Below are positions 9,001 to 17,346 of a stretch of DNA of 24,516 nucleotides, one piece after another. A program made the translations under genes and the position numbers. Within the stretch, counting starts at the first letter, position 1, and every line of letters starts with the position of its first letter. The notes under the pieces are model-generated. The model was not told where the DNA came from, ran no database searches, and worked only from the letters and a program-made list of their open reading frames with translations. This stretch comes from Candidatus Krumholzibacteriia bacterium (GTDB lineage Bacteria > Krumholzibacteriota > Krumholzibacteriia > WVZY01): contig JBHHVD010000045.1 of NCBI GenBank assembly GCA_046754105.1, forward strand, positions 1 to 24,516. Reading direction: 5' to 3'.

Positions 9001-9187
9001 GCGGCACCCGCGCGGTCGTATCGAAGGGCGCATCCACCTGCACCGAAGGCAGGTCCCCGAGCGAGAGCTTCAATCTCTGGGCGGACGCTCCGGGGACCAG
9101 GCCCATCGCCAACCCCGCCAGGGCAAACCACAGGCACACCGCGCGGTGCGGCCACCTCGATGATAACGATAAGTAGAGCTTTGCCAC
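3098..9187 (-). CDS. sprA: SprA/Sov-like large outer-membrane beta-barrel protein (type IX secretion translocon family), about 2029 aa
   Basis: SprA-type motifs: QELDVRLQGQIGEKLNVQV, IRLNYVGFEDDIVQRVELGNTSLTLPGSQLV, QGLFGIK, WQYMMRNIYNLG, LTRGRDYTINYETGEV, LAGEVAVSFP, AYIDDFEG, WAGIM, LDTEDLDG, WRLYRIDL and GEVWVND. The C-terminal region has alternating beta-strand patterns and ends in a BAM-type aromatic C-terminus (RVGLTAIFTF). I chose GTG 9187 as start because it precedes a signal peptide (...CLWFALAGLAMGLVPGASA|Q); the ORF track extends to 9421. Confidence 0.88.
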   Translation of the reverse strand: MAKLYLSLSSRWPHRAVCLWFALAGLAMGLVPGASAQRLKLSLGDLPSVQVDAPFDTTARVPLDRLRLGDYRLVPNFLPTDFDRERVVEEYFPGLSLRMTGRHPITSRFEFDEAREGAFVYLAPRDLAAPGLSLELAFVDDIAEEQRRRSFARVWRETVVTSINTRRADGERRGGGINVPLPLPLPGVVESIIGRGEETNINISGRESITISGESRRVSPFIGVEGQQKQSLFPSLDMRQELDVRLQGQIGEKLNVQVDHSSAALSASQNQIRLNYVGFEDDIVQRVELGNTSLTLPGSQLVSFSGSSQGLFGIKALAQVGPMDITMIASKEEGETSRASFSSRGGTIGQTERRIVRDIDFVRDTYFFLDAPPDSINNFFFGVVEDSIEVFESVSDIERQTNPDLVTFPGKAWVDRFGDGSEIRAARADIAARRTPPPFEDRNFKLLTVGDDYRFVLNAVDESIIGLEMLRPVPSTKVLAVRYANLRGDVIGNFGVFADTLDLELIKPRDPRPTNQFGYTWQYMMRNIYNLGLTKIDRATLDLEIEDNDNRLDLSIPAGSDVPWIRIFGLDRTDVSGVGPPDSRIDLSSGLIDLDRGILTFPILTPFSPPDDSVAVWTGGKFDFNTPRYQDIRRSEIYTDFLSRPEDFHRFRIVVRAASTSRTFNIDAFNISENSEVVRLDGRNLTRGRDYTINYETGEVELQGAVVDELTPSSNITIDYEFKPFIGGASSTLVGFNSLLTLSQATQFGTTWLFESKSSSATRPRLGEEPSRAVVGDLNGNVSYHPSFLTGLVNKLPLVNTEARSNVSLAGEVAVSFPDPNTRGEAYIDDFEGVEDSDEFSLSRRSWNPASPPVRVDTTSGTGFTALDPDSNESVLWYNIEPDFGVTRRDLNPDLDERESTLIPSLDIEFDSVTVDPARWAGIMSGFRGGGLDLTQGQFLEVWINDFKPDTLTRGGAIHFDMGLIDENFFEPRLNEFNNEDSNRDGFTALTEDTGLDGVPDGEPGDDPDDDYVPSRIDGRFTKINGTEGNLLLDTEDLDGSGQLDRANSYFSFTLDLASEPITDIRKEFPNSNRFNEALHENDSWRLYRIDLSDAVPVNQSGTPALAQITHLRVWFDRIGDVINPAERRLQIVGFKVVGNRWEKDGIRTLTDSLLTGADTLGTNVTLGVISNKTDPTRYIPPIGPAEQNDIFEKEQSLLVTYTNLQADRSFRIRKRFPGNGDDWTVYRDLNFFTHTEQFNGALEYYFQVAFDSLNFYEITLPMTQQFFPANGWTRVLVSLTDITDLKFKIQPGDSLVTGRIQDMADPARTYDVRMVGQPNLFSVRFLYAGVRNRSGVEVSGEVWVNDIFLGNRKRDIDFAQRATASINMGNVVSVNASWRRTGADFRSLRQKRGSGRDNRALTLNVKTSLQHFIPLFGFNIPVSGNFNRNTSLPKFSPNSDTEIRDAALQDSLKTESTTRGFSTSLTRSASKNPFLRYTFDKLRINYSLSQSRARSPSSADTSLTMAGTLVYQINWSQRRTRLKLFKNTYFRYWLTSLNFRMNASRRTGQRFRNVGGKFVADPETFNAGLTNSGSATYIPFPSLTTNFRMNQQRDVTLPHKFLGLEVGLEVRRDQTLQANYKPPRVWIIGALQPDISYTAGYREDASPNVRRPGDSRGVRNVTNNRNLGVKMSFQLGRYFKRLLGRLNLLEEEEKAPLAPAGGGGAGSAESDTTQTPKEPDRLIALKKVGGILGNIRKVNVSIRQRIQSDYSRIPDRPSFAYQVGLTDAADVVRRDGTPVEPERVSKSLSIALDSGTQITRNIDVAARFSNSTSKSLFRANDSRTTNRTWPDINVSWKGLENAGPFRGLFNSASATFGFRSTLRESGRGDELLSANKTRQITPSIVFAWKNRVTTSVNTSFTTNTSDTRGAINETSAKSVSLDLKYSFEAGKALKVPLPFLRNKKLKGKLDTTLNIAYNTSAGKRTVPGSAFFEPLPGTNSLRLSPRATYSFSRALNGSLFIDFSRSFSEATNQTTTIIRVGLTAIFTF

Positions 9188-9444
9188 GTTTCTCAACAAA
9201 GACGAACAGAACGACACGCGTACCTGGTATTGGGGGAGTCCTGGAGTCTCGCGGACAGTCAGGTGTTTCAGGGACGACGTCGCCGGCCACCCGGGTGTCC
9301 ATTTTCTGGTACAAAACGCCGTCGGATGTCCTTCAACGGATACAGTCTCACAAACAGGCGACACCCCTCCCTGGCACCTTTCGCCGGGCGAAGGCGCGCC
9401 CTTCAAGGGGTCTGACGGCAACGATGTCTGAAACTACAAACTGC

Positions 9445-9472
9445 TTGTCAACAAAAGAATTATTTGTATTAT
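9445..9472 (+). promoter_or_regulatory. Putative sigma70-type promoter of the lptF-lptG-GWxTD operon
   Basis: TTGTCA (9445-9450), 16-nt AT-rich spacer, TATTAT (9467-9472), in a conspicuous AT-rich island about 45 nt upstream of the lptF GTG. Confidence 0.55.
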
Positions 9473-9516
9473 TGAAGCGAACGATCGACAGGGCCACCGG
9501 CCCGGGACAACCAACC

Positions 9517-10947
9517 GTGATTCTCGAACGTTATATCCTCCGTAACTACCTTGGTCCCTTCCTCTTTGCAATTTCTATCATAACGTTCTTGTTTATAATG
9601 GATTTCGTTCTCCGTTACATCGATCTCTTTTTGAATAAGGGCGTCGACTTTTTCATTGTGCTGCAAGCGTTTATCCTCAGTCTTGGGCACATGTTTGCAT
9701 TAATCATACCAATGGCCGTCTTGCCCGCGACCCTGATGTGCTTCGGCAATCTGGCCTCCGAAAACGAGATAACGGCGATGCGGGCGAACGGAGTGAGCCT
9801 CTACCGGATGATCCGGCCCGCGGCGGTTATGGGCTCGGTCCTGACCGTGCTCATGATCCTCTACAACAACTACGTCCTGCCGGAGAGCAACCACAAGCTA
9901 CTCAACCTCCTCATCGACATCAACAAGAAGAAGCCGACCGTGGAGATCAAGGAAAACGTCTTCATCAATGCGTTCAAGGGCTACACGATTTACGTGCGGC
10001 ACAAGGACGATAAGACCGGGGCGATTCGGGATGTCCAGATCTTCCGCCATAACGAGGCCGGCAAGCTCCCGACGACCATTGTCGCCGAAAGAGGTCATCT
10101 CCAGTACATGGAGAGGGAAAACGCGCTTCGCTTCGAGCTCGAGAACGGCGAGATCCACGAGATGCCGGAGGGCAACGATCCTTCCACGTACCGCCGTACC
10201 GAGTTCAAGCAATATGCGATCAATATCGAGGACGTGGACCGCTCGCTGCGGCGCACCGAGCGAAACTACCGCGGGGACCGGGAGATGAGCGTAGAGCAGA
10301 TGAGGGACAAGATCACACGCATCCGCGCTGACATCGCCGGTGTCGACACCCGGATGGCCGGCATGGCCAGCGATCAGGCCTCGGTTGTTTTCGCCCTGCT
10401 CGACACAGCGGTCCGGGATTCCGTGCGGGCCGACGGAGGCAGCGCGCGGCTACCCCCCGCCGCCGGCACGCAGGAGACCCAGGCGCGGGCCATCCGCCCC
10501 GGCGACGCGCCGAACCCGCGGGGACGGCAAGGCAAGCAGCGGGCGGCGATCACGTACCGGGCGCTGGAAAGTCAGAAGAAAATCAAGGAATCGTATTTCA
10601 GGCAGATCGACCGCTACCGGGTCGAGATACACAAAAAGTTCTCCATCCCGTTCGCTTGCTTGATCTTCGTCCTCATCGGTTCCCCGATCGCGCTGCGATT
10701 GGGGCGATCGGGCATGAACACCGCCGTGGCGTTGAGCGTCCTCGTCTTCATGGTGTACTACATCTGTCTCATCGGGGGGGAAAAGCTCGCCGACCGACGT
10801 ATCGTAAGCCCCATCATCGCCATGTGGGTCCCGAATGCGATTTTTGGCGTCGCCGCTTATTTCTTGATTCGCCGGGCGTCCGCCGAGTACAGCGTTTTCC
10901 AGTGGAAACAGCTGAATCCCTTGAGAATCTTCCAGCGGGCCGCATGA
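9517..10947 (+). CDS. lptF: LPS export ABC transporter permease, LptF/LptG family (LptF-like), 476 aa
   Basis: From GTG 9517: ILERYILRNYLGPFL, IPMAVLPATLMCFGNLASENEITAMRANGVSL, a periplasmic beta-jellyroll-like region, then VEIHKKFSIPFACLIFVLIGSPIA and AMWVPN; six predicted TM helices. The F versus G assignment rests on gene order. Confidence 0.9.
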   Translation: MILERYILRNYLGPFLFAISIITFLFIMDFVLRYIDLFLNKGVDFFIVLQAFILSLGHMFALIIPMAVLPATLMCFGNLASENEITAMRANGVSLYRMIRPAAVMGSVLTVLMILYNNYVLPESNHKLLNLLIDINKKKPTVEIKENVFINAFKGYTIYVRHKDDKTGAIRDVQIFRHNEAGKLPTTIVAERGHLQYMERENALRFELENGEIHEMPEGNDPSTYRRTEFKQYAINIEDVDRSLRRTERNYRGDREMSVEQMRDKITRIRADIAGVDTRMAGMASDQASVVFALLDTAVRDSVRADGGSARLPPAAGTQETQARAIRPGDAPNPRGRQGKQRAAITYRALESQKKIKESYFRQIDRYRVEIHKKFSIPFACLIFVLIGSPIALRLGRSGMNTAVALSVLVFMVYYICLIGGEKLADRRIVSPIIAMWVPNAIFGVAAYFLIRRASAEYSVFQWKQLNPLRIFQRAA

Positions 10948-12026
10948 CCTCACGTATTCACGACCGATATCTCTTCCGGCAGTTCGTCAGGATTTTTCTC
11001 ATTAGTGTGCTGTCCTTCACCGTGATTTACATCACGATCGACACCTTCGAAGAGATCGATAATTTCATCGACCACGATGCCTCTATCGTCAACATCGTCC
11101 GCTACTACATTTACTCGGTACCGTTCATGCTCACCTATATCATTCCGGTCTCGATGCTCCTCGGAACGATTTTTTCGGTAGGTATCATGGCGAGGCGAAA
11201 CGAGCTCACCGCTTTTATCGCCTCCGGGGTGAGCCTCATGCGCATCGCCCGCCCAATATTTGTCGTGGCGGTACTCGTCACAGTCACCACCGTCTTCTTC
11301 AACGACCTGGTCGTTACCAACGCCACACGGAGGCGCAAGGAGATCAAGCAGCACGACATCGAGGGCCGCGCCCGTTCGAATCCCTTTCTCAGGGAGAACT
11401 TTCGCTACCTGGGCGAGAACGGTTACGTATACCTCGCGGCCAGATACAACCACGAGACGAGAACGTTGTTCGAGGTGGTACTGCAGCAGTTCGACGGCAA
11501 CACCTTGACGAGACGGATAGATGCCAGAACCGCCAAGTGGATTAACGGCCAATGGGTGTTCCACTCGGGCTTCGAGCGCGTGTTCGAATCCCGGAGTGAG
11601 ACCGTTCATGCATTCACGCGCCTCGCAATGCCCGATATCCGGGAGACCCCGGACAACTTCGTAGAGAAAGAGTTGGACCCCGAGAATATGAATCTGAGGG
11701 AGTTGGCGGCATACATCAAAAAGGTCCGCAAGAGCGGGGGCAACGTCGAGCGTCTCTTGACCGACCTCTACGGGAAGTTCAGCTATCCCGTCGCCGGGTC
11801 GATCTTTGCCCTGATCGGAATCGCCTTCGCCGCCGGCAAGAGAAAACAATCGATCGCTACCGGATTCGGACTGACGCTGCTCATAAGTTTCATATACTAT
11901 GGCGTGTTACAGGTGGGACAGACCCTGGGCTACAACGGGCGCGTGCCGCCGCTACTTGCGGCAGAGCTGGGCAACCTCTTATTTTTGATTATCGGGACCG
12001 GATTGCTGGTCCGGGCAAACCAATGA
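10944..12026 (+). CDS. lptG: LPS export ABC transporter permease, LptF/LptG family (LptG-like), 360 aa
   Basis: ATG 10944 overlaps the lptF stop (ATGA). Motifs IHDRYLFRQF, IPVSMLLGT, MARRNELTAFIASGVSL, PENMNLREL, KFSYP and PPLLAA. Confidence 0.9.
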   Translation: MTSRIHDRYLFRQFVRIFLISVLSFTVIYITIDTFEEIDNFIDHDASIVNIVRYYIYSVPFMLTYIIPVSMLLGTIFSVGIMARRNELTAFIASGVSLMRIARPIFVVAVLVTVTTVFFNDLVVTNATRRRKEIKQHDIEGRARSNPFLRENFRYLGENGYVYLAARYNHETRTLFEVVLQQFDGNTLTRRIDARTAKWINGQWVFHSGFERVFESRSETVHAFTRLAMPDIRETPDNFVEKELDPENMNLRELAAYIKKVRKSGGNVERLLTDLYGKFSYPVAGSIFALIGIAFAAGKRKQSIATGFGLTLLISFIYYGVLQVGQTLGYNGRVPPLLAAELGNLLFLIIGTGLLVRANQ

Positions 12027-13690
12027 ACCGTCTTCGAACCACAGGTATCCTCTTCGTAGTCATTGCCGGCGTTTCGCCGGTCGTGGCGGGCCCGCCGCAG
12101 TACAAGGTGACCCGCACCGACGTCGTCAAGCTCTCCAGGCCCCTGCAACAAACCTTCGCCGGCCTGCAGTACCTCCTCAATCCCTATCAGGTGCGCCAGT
12201 TCCTCTCGCTGGAGGATGATGAAAAGCGGGTGGAGTGGATAAAGCTCTTCTGGAAGCAGCGCGACCCCACACCGACCACACGCAAGAATGAGATGGAGGT
12301 CGAGCACACGATCCGCGTCAAGCTGGCGCGCCAGTTCTACGGCAGCAAGAAGTGGCCGGGATGGGATAAGCGCGGCGAGGTGTTCGTACGCTACGGCCCG
12401 CCGGATTATCGGGGCAAGATATGGGGTGAGGTCACCGTCAACCGTGGGATGAGCCCGCCGGGCGAGCTGTGGTATTTCCGCCGTCATGACATGCTGGTGT
12501 CGTTCCAGAATTTCGGGCTCAAGGGCGAGTACATCTACTCGATCGATCCGCTAGGTGCGTCCGAGAACATTTCCCCGGAATTCGCCGATTTCCTGCTCTA
12601 TGACACGAGCGCATCACTCACATCCAAGATCCCGCAGGATCTGCTCGAAGCCTATGCCGCTCCCGTCTACAGCGCCGTGCCCCAATCCACCACGCCCGGG
12701 CGGGAGCAGGAGTACCTCTTGTCCCGGCCGCGGGAGCTGGCCGACGCCATCGACGCTCTGATGGACCCGGACCGCGTCGAAATGCTGCCGCGCGACGTCT
12801 CCGCGGTCTTTCAGAAGGACCAGGTCCGCGAGACGGCCAACAATTTCGAAATCGTGCTCGACGAGACCCCCTCCAGCTACCCCTTTAACTTCGAAAAGAA
12901 GAACCTGCCGTTTTATTTCGGTGTCGATCAGTTCAAGGGCGGAAAGAGCAGTAACAGGGTCGACGTGCAGATCGAGATTCCCGTGTTGGTCGAATCCGGA
13001 AGGGGATCCGTCTTCGAGGAGACGTTTCACACGGAAATCGTGGTGTGGGACCCGCAGTTCAATGAGCTCTCCCGCAAGGAAAAGGACGTCGTGTTGAGAA
13101 CGGGACCGGATGTCACAACCTGGTCCAACCTGCTCCCGACGCAGATACCGTTGCTGCTCGAGACGGGGTACTACCGCATGGCCGTGTCCGTGCGCGGGCT
13201 GAAGTCGGGCAAGTCGTCCTCTTTCCGGACGTCGTTCGATTGCAACTCGTTCGACAACGGCCTGGCGCTGAGCGACATCCTCTTTGCGAGACGCATCGCC
13301 CAGACGGAAACCCCGTCGTTGTTCACCCGCGGCGCCCTCGAGGTTATCCCCCACCCGCTCCGCGCCTACAGCCGCTCCGTTCCGATGCCGATTTACTTCG
13401 AAATCTACAACCTGACCACGGACGAGCGAGGCGTCTCGTCCTACACGGTCGAGTACAAGATCATCCCACACAACAAGGAAAAGAAACACTTCTGGCAGCG
13501 CTACCGGCAAGCCACGCCCGTTGTATCGTCCAGGTTCCGTTCGTCTGGCTTCGGCGACAACGAGATCCAGCACATCACCGTGAACACGGAGAACCTCAAG
13601 AAGGGCTCGTTCGACCTCCTCATCACGCTGACCGACGACCTCTCCCAACAGGTTACCTTCAAGCGCGGCACGTTCTCGCTCATCGACTGA
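12023..13690 (+). CDS. Exported GWxTD-domain protein (variant motif), 555 aa
   Basis: N-terminal signal peptide, then LQYLL...FLSL...FWKQRDPTPTTRKNE...RVKLA...PGWDKRGEVFVRYGPPD, typical of the GWxTD domain. The beta-rich C-terminal part has LSDILFA, IPHP, IYFEIYNL and LLITLTD. ATG overlaps the lptG stop (ATGA). Confidence 0.8.
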   Translation: MNRLRTTGILFVVIAGVSPVVAGPPQYKVTRTDVVKLSRPLQQTFAGLQYLLNPYQVRQFLSLEDDEKRVEWIKLFWKQRDPTPTTRKNEMEVEHTIRVKLARQFYGSKKWPGWDKRGEVFVRYGPPDYRGKIWGEVTVNRGMSPPGELWYFRRHDMLVSFQNFGLKGEYIYSIDPLGASENISPEFADFLLYDTSASLTSKIPQDLLEAYAAPVYSAVPQSTTPGREQEYLLSRPRELADAIDALMDPDRVEMLPRDVSAVFQKDQVRETANNFEIVLDETPSSYPFNFEKKNLPFYFGVDQFKGGKSSNRVDVQIEIPVLVESGRGSVFEETFHTEIVVWDPQFNELSRKEKDVVLRTGPDVTTWSNLLPTQIPLLLETGYYRMAVSVRGLKSGKSSSFRTSFDCNSFDNGLALSDILFARRIAQTETPSLFTRGALEVIPHPLRAYSRSVPMPIYFEIYNLTTDERGVSSYTVEYKIIPHNKEKKHFWQRYRQATPVVSSRFRSSGFGDNEIQHITVNTENLKKGSFDLLITLTDDLSQQVTFKRGTFSLID

Positions 13691-13775
13691 CCACTCACCG
13701 ACCCTCTGCACGACTCCTGCAGGCGACAATGCATCGCCACAGCGCGAGGGAGTGGCCGTGGGTCTGTTAACGGAC

Positions 13776-13810
13776 AAAAAGAGGGGGACGGCCGCGGCGG
13801 GCCGTCCCCC
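13776..13810 (-). terminator. Intrinsic terminator downstream of ahcY
   Basis: 11-bp stem GGGGGACGGCC/GGCCGTCCCCC (13783-13810) with a 6-nt loop, followed on the minus strand by TCTTTTTG; it lies between convergent genes. Confidence 0.85.
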
Positions 13811-13836
13811 GGATGTGCGTGCGAGACCGGTCGATG

Positions 13837-16277
<2,441 letters not shown>

Positions 16278-16332
16278 GCAATCCTCCTTGATAGAAACCG
16301 GGCCTCTCCGGTTTCGACTACGATGCGATTAA

Positions 16333-17313
16333 TTACCTGAATACGACCTCGCTTGAATCTCCGATATTTAGCTTTTGAAACCCACCCTCGATGATGGCCT
16401 GCGAGCCTACGATGCTGCTCTCGAGCAGGCAATTCGTCACGTGCGCTCCCCGGTCCAGAACCGAGTCCCGGATGATCGAGTTTTCCACCGTGCACTCGGC
16501 AGCGATCGAGACATACGGGCCTACTATGGAGCTCTTGATTTCCGCCGACGGCGCAATGGATACCGGGCCGAGAATGATGGATCCTCCGACTTCGGGCCGG
16601 GACGCCGTGTCTTCGAGCAGCCGCCGGTTGGTTTCCAGTAGTGTTTCCGGCTTGCCGCAGTCGAACCACTCGTCTATCTCGAAGGCGCTGAACTGCGATC
16701 CCTCGTCGATCATCATCTGCAGCGCGTCCGTGACCTGGTATTCGCCATGGCTCCTGATGTCCCTTTCAGCCTGCTCCTGCAGCATGTCAAACAGCTGCGC
16801 CGAATCGGATAAATAGTACAGTCCGACCAGGGCCAGGTTGCTCACGGGTTTTTTCGGCTTCTCGACCAGCCGCAGAATATCCCCGTTTTTCGTTTCCGCA
16901 ACGCCGAACCGCCGGGGATCGGCAACTTCCTTGACGCCGAGCGCATTGTGCTTCGATCTCGTTATCTCCTTCAGGTCGGTGCGGATAATCGTGTCACCGA
17001 GTATTACGAGCAGCGGCTCTCCGGTGTTGGCAACTTCTCGCGTGAGGTAGATCGCGTGACCTATACCTCGCCGTTCATCCTGAAACACGAAATCCACGCT
17101 CAACCCGGAGTATTCCTTGGTGACGAAATCTCTGATCAACTCGCCCTTGTAGCCGACGACAATTACCACGCTGCTTACGTCCAGAGCCTTTACCTCGTCG
17201 AGAATGTGCGAGATAATGGGTTTGCCCGCCACGTAGAGCAGCGCCTTCGGCAAAGTATGCGTGTGCGGCCGCAGTCGCGTGCCGATCCCCGCGGCGGGTA
17301 CTATCACTTTCAC
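16333..17313 (-). CDS. Sugar-phosphate nucleotidyltransferase (glucose-1-phosphate thymidylyltransferase long-form-like, with C-terminal left-handed beta-helix)
   Basis: VIVPAAGIGTRLRPHTHTLPKALLYVAGKP, LGDTI, LVEKP, GEYQVTDAL and WFDCGKPE, followed by hexapeptide-like repeats. Start placed at GTG 17313 (ORF track TTG 17331). Substrate cannot be determined by eye. Confidence 0.85.
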   Translation of the reverse strand: MKVIVPAAGIGTRLRPHTHTLPKALLYVAGKPIISHILDEVKALDVSSVVIVVGYKGELIRDFVTKEYSGLSVDFVFQDERRGIGHAIYLTREVANTGEPLLVILGDTIIRTDLKEITRSKHNALGVKEVADPRRFGVAETKNGDILRLVEKPKKPVSNLALVGLYYLSDSAQLFDMLQEQAERDIRSHGEYQVTDALQMMIDEGSQFSAFEIDEWFDCGKPETLLETNRRLLEDTASRPEVGGSIILGPVSIAPSAEIKSSIVGPYVSIAAECTVENSIIRDSVLDRGAHVTNCLLESSIVGSQAIIEGGFQKLNIGDSSEVVFR

Positions 17314-17346
17314 CGGATCACAGCCTTTCAAAGTCGCCCCGCAATA

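Noticed and set aside
4952..9163. 1403-aa open reading frame antisense to sprA
   Set aside because: It is in exact codon register with sprA. Stops in that frame need TTA, CTA or TCA codons in sprA, which are rare in GC-rich genes. The translation has no recognisable motifs, so it is a shadow ORF.
9160..9516. N-terminal extensions of lptF (from 9160) and sprA (to 9421) that would overlap head-to-head
   Set aside because: Family similarity starts at 9517 for LptF and the signal peptide starts near 9187 for SprA; the region between has promoter-like AT-rich sequence.
9420..9720. AT-rich patch as a sign of horizontal transfer
   Set aside because: It coincides with the divergent promoter and the hydrophobic 5' end of lptF; no integrase, tRNA or flanking repeats are present.
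13691..13755. Nested inverted repeats after the GWxTD gene (CCACTC/GAGTGG, GGCGA/TCGCC)
   Set aside because: The stems are short, there is no U-tract, and no second copy in the window suggests a REP-like element; probably 3' UTR structure or chance.
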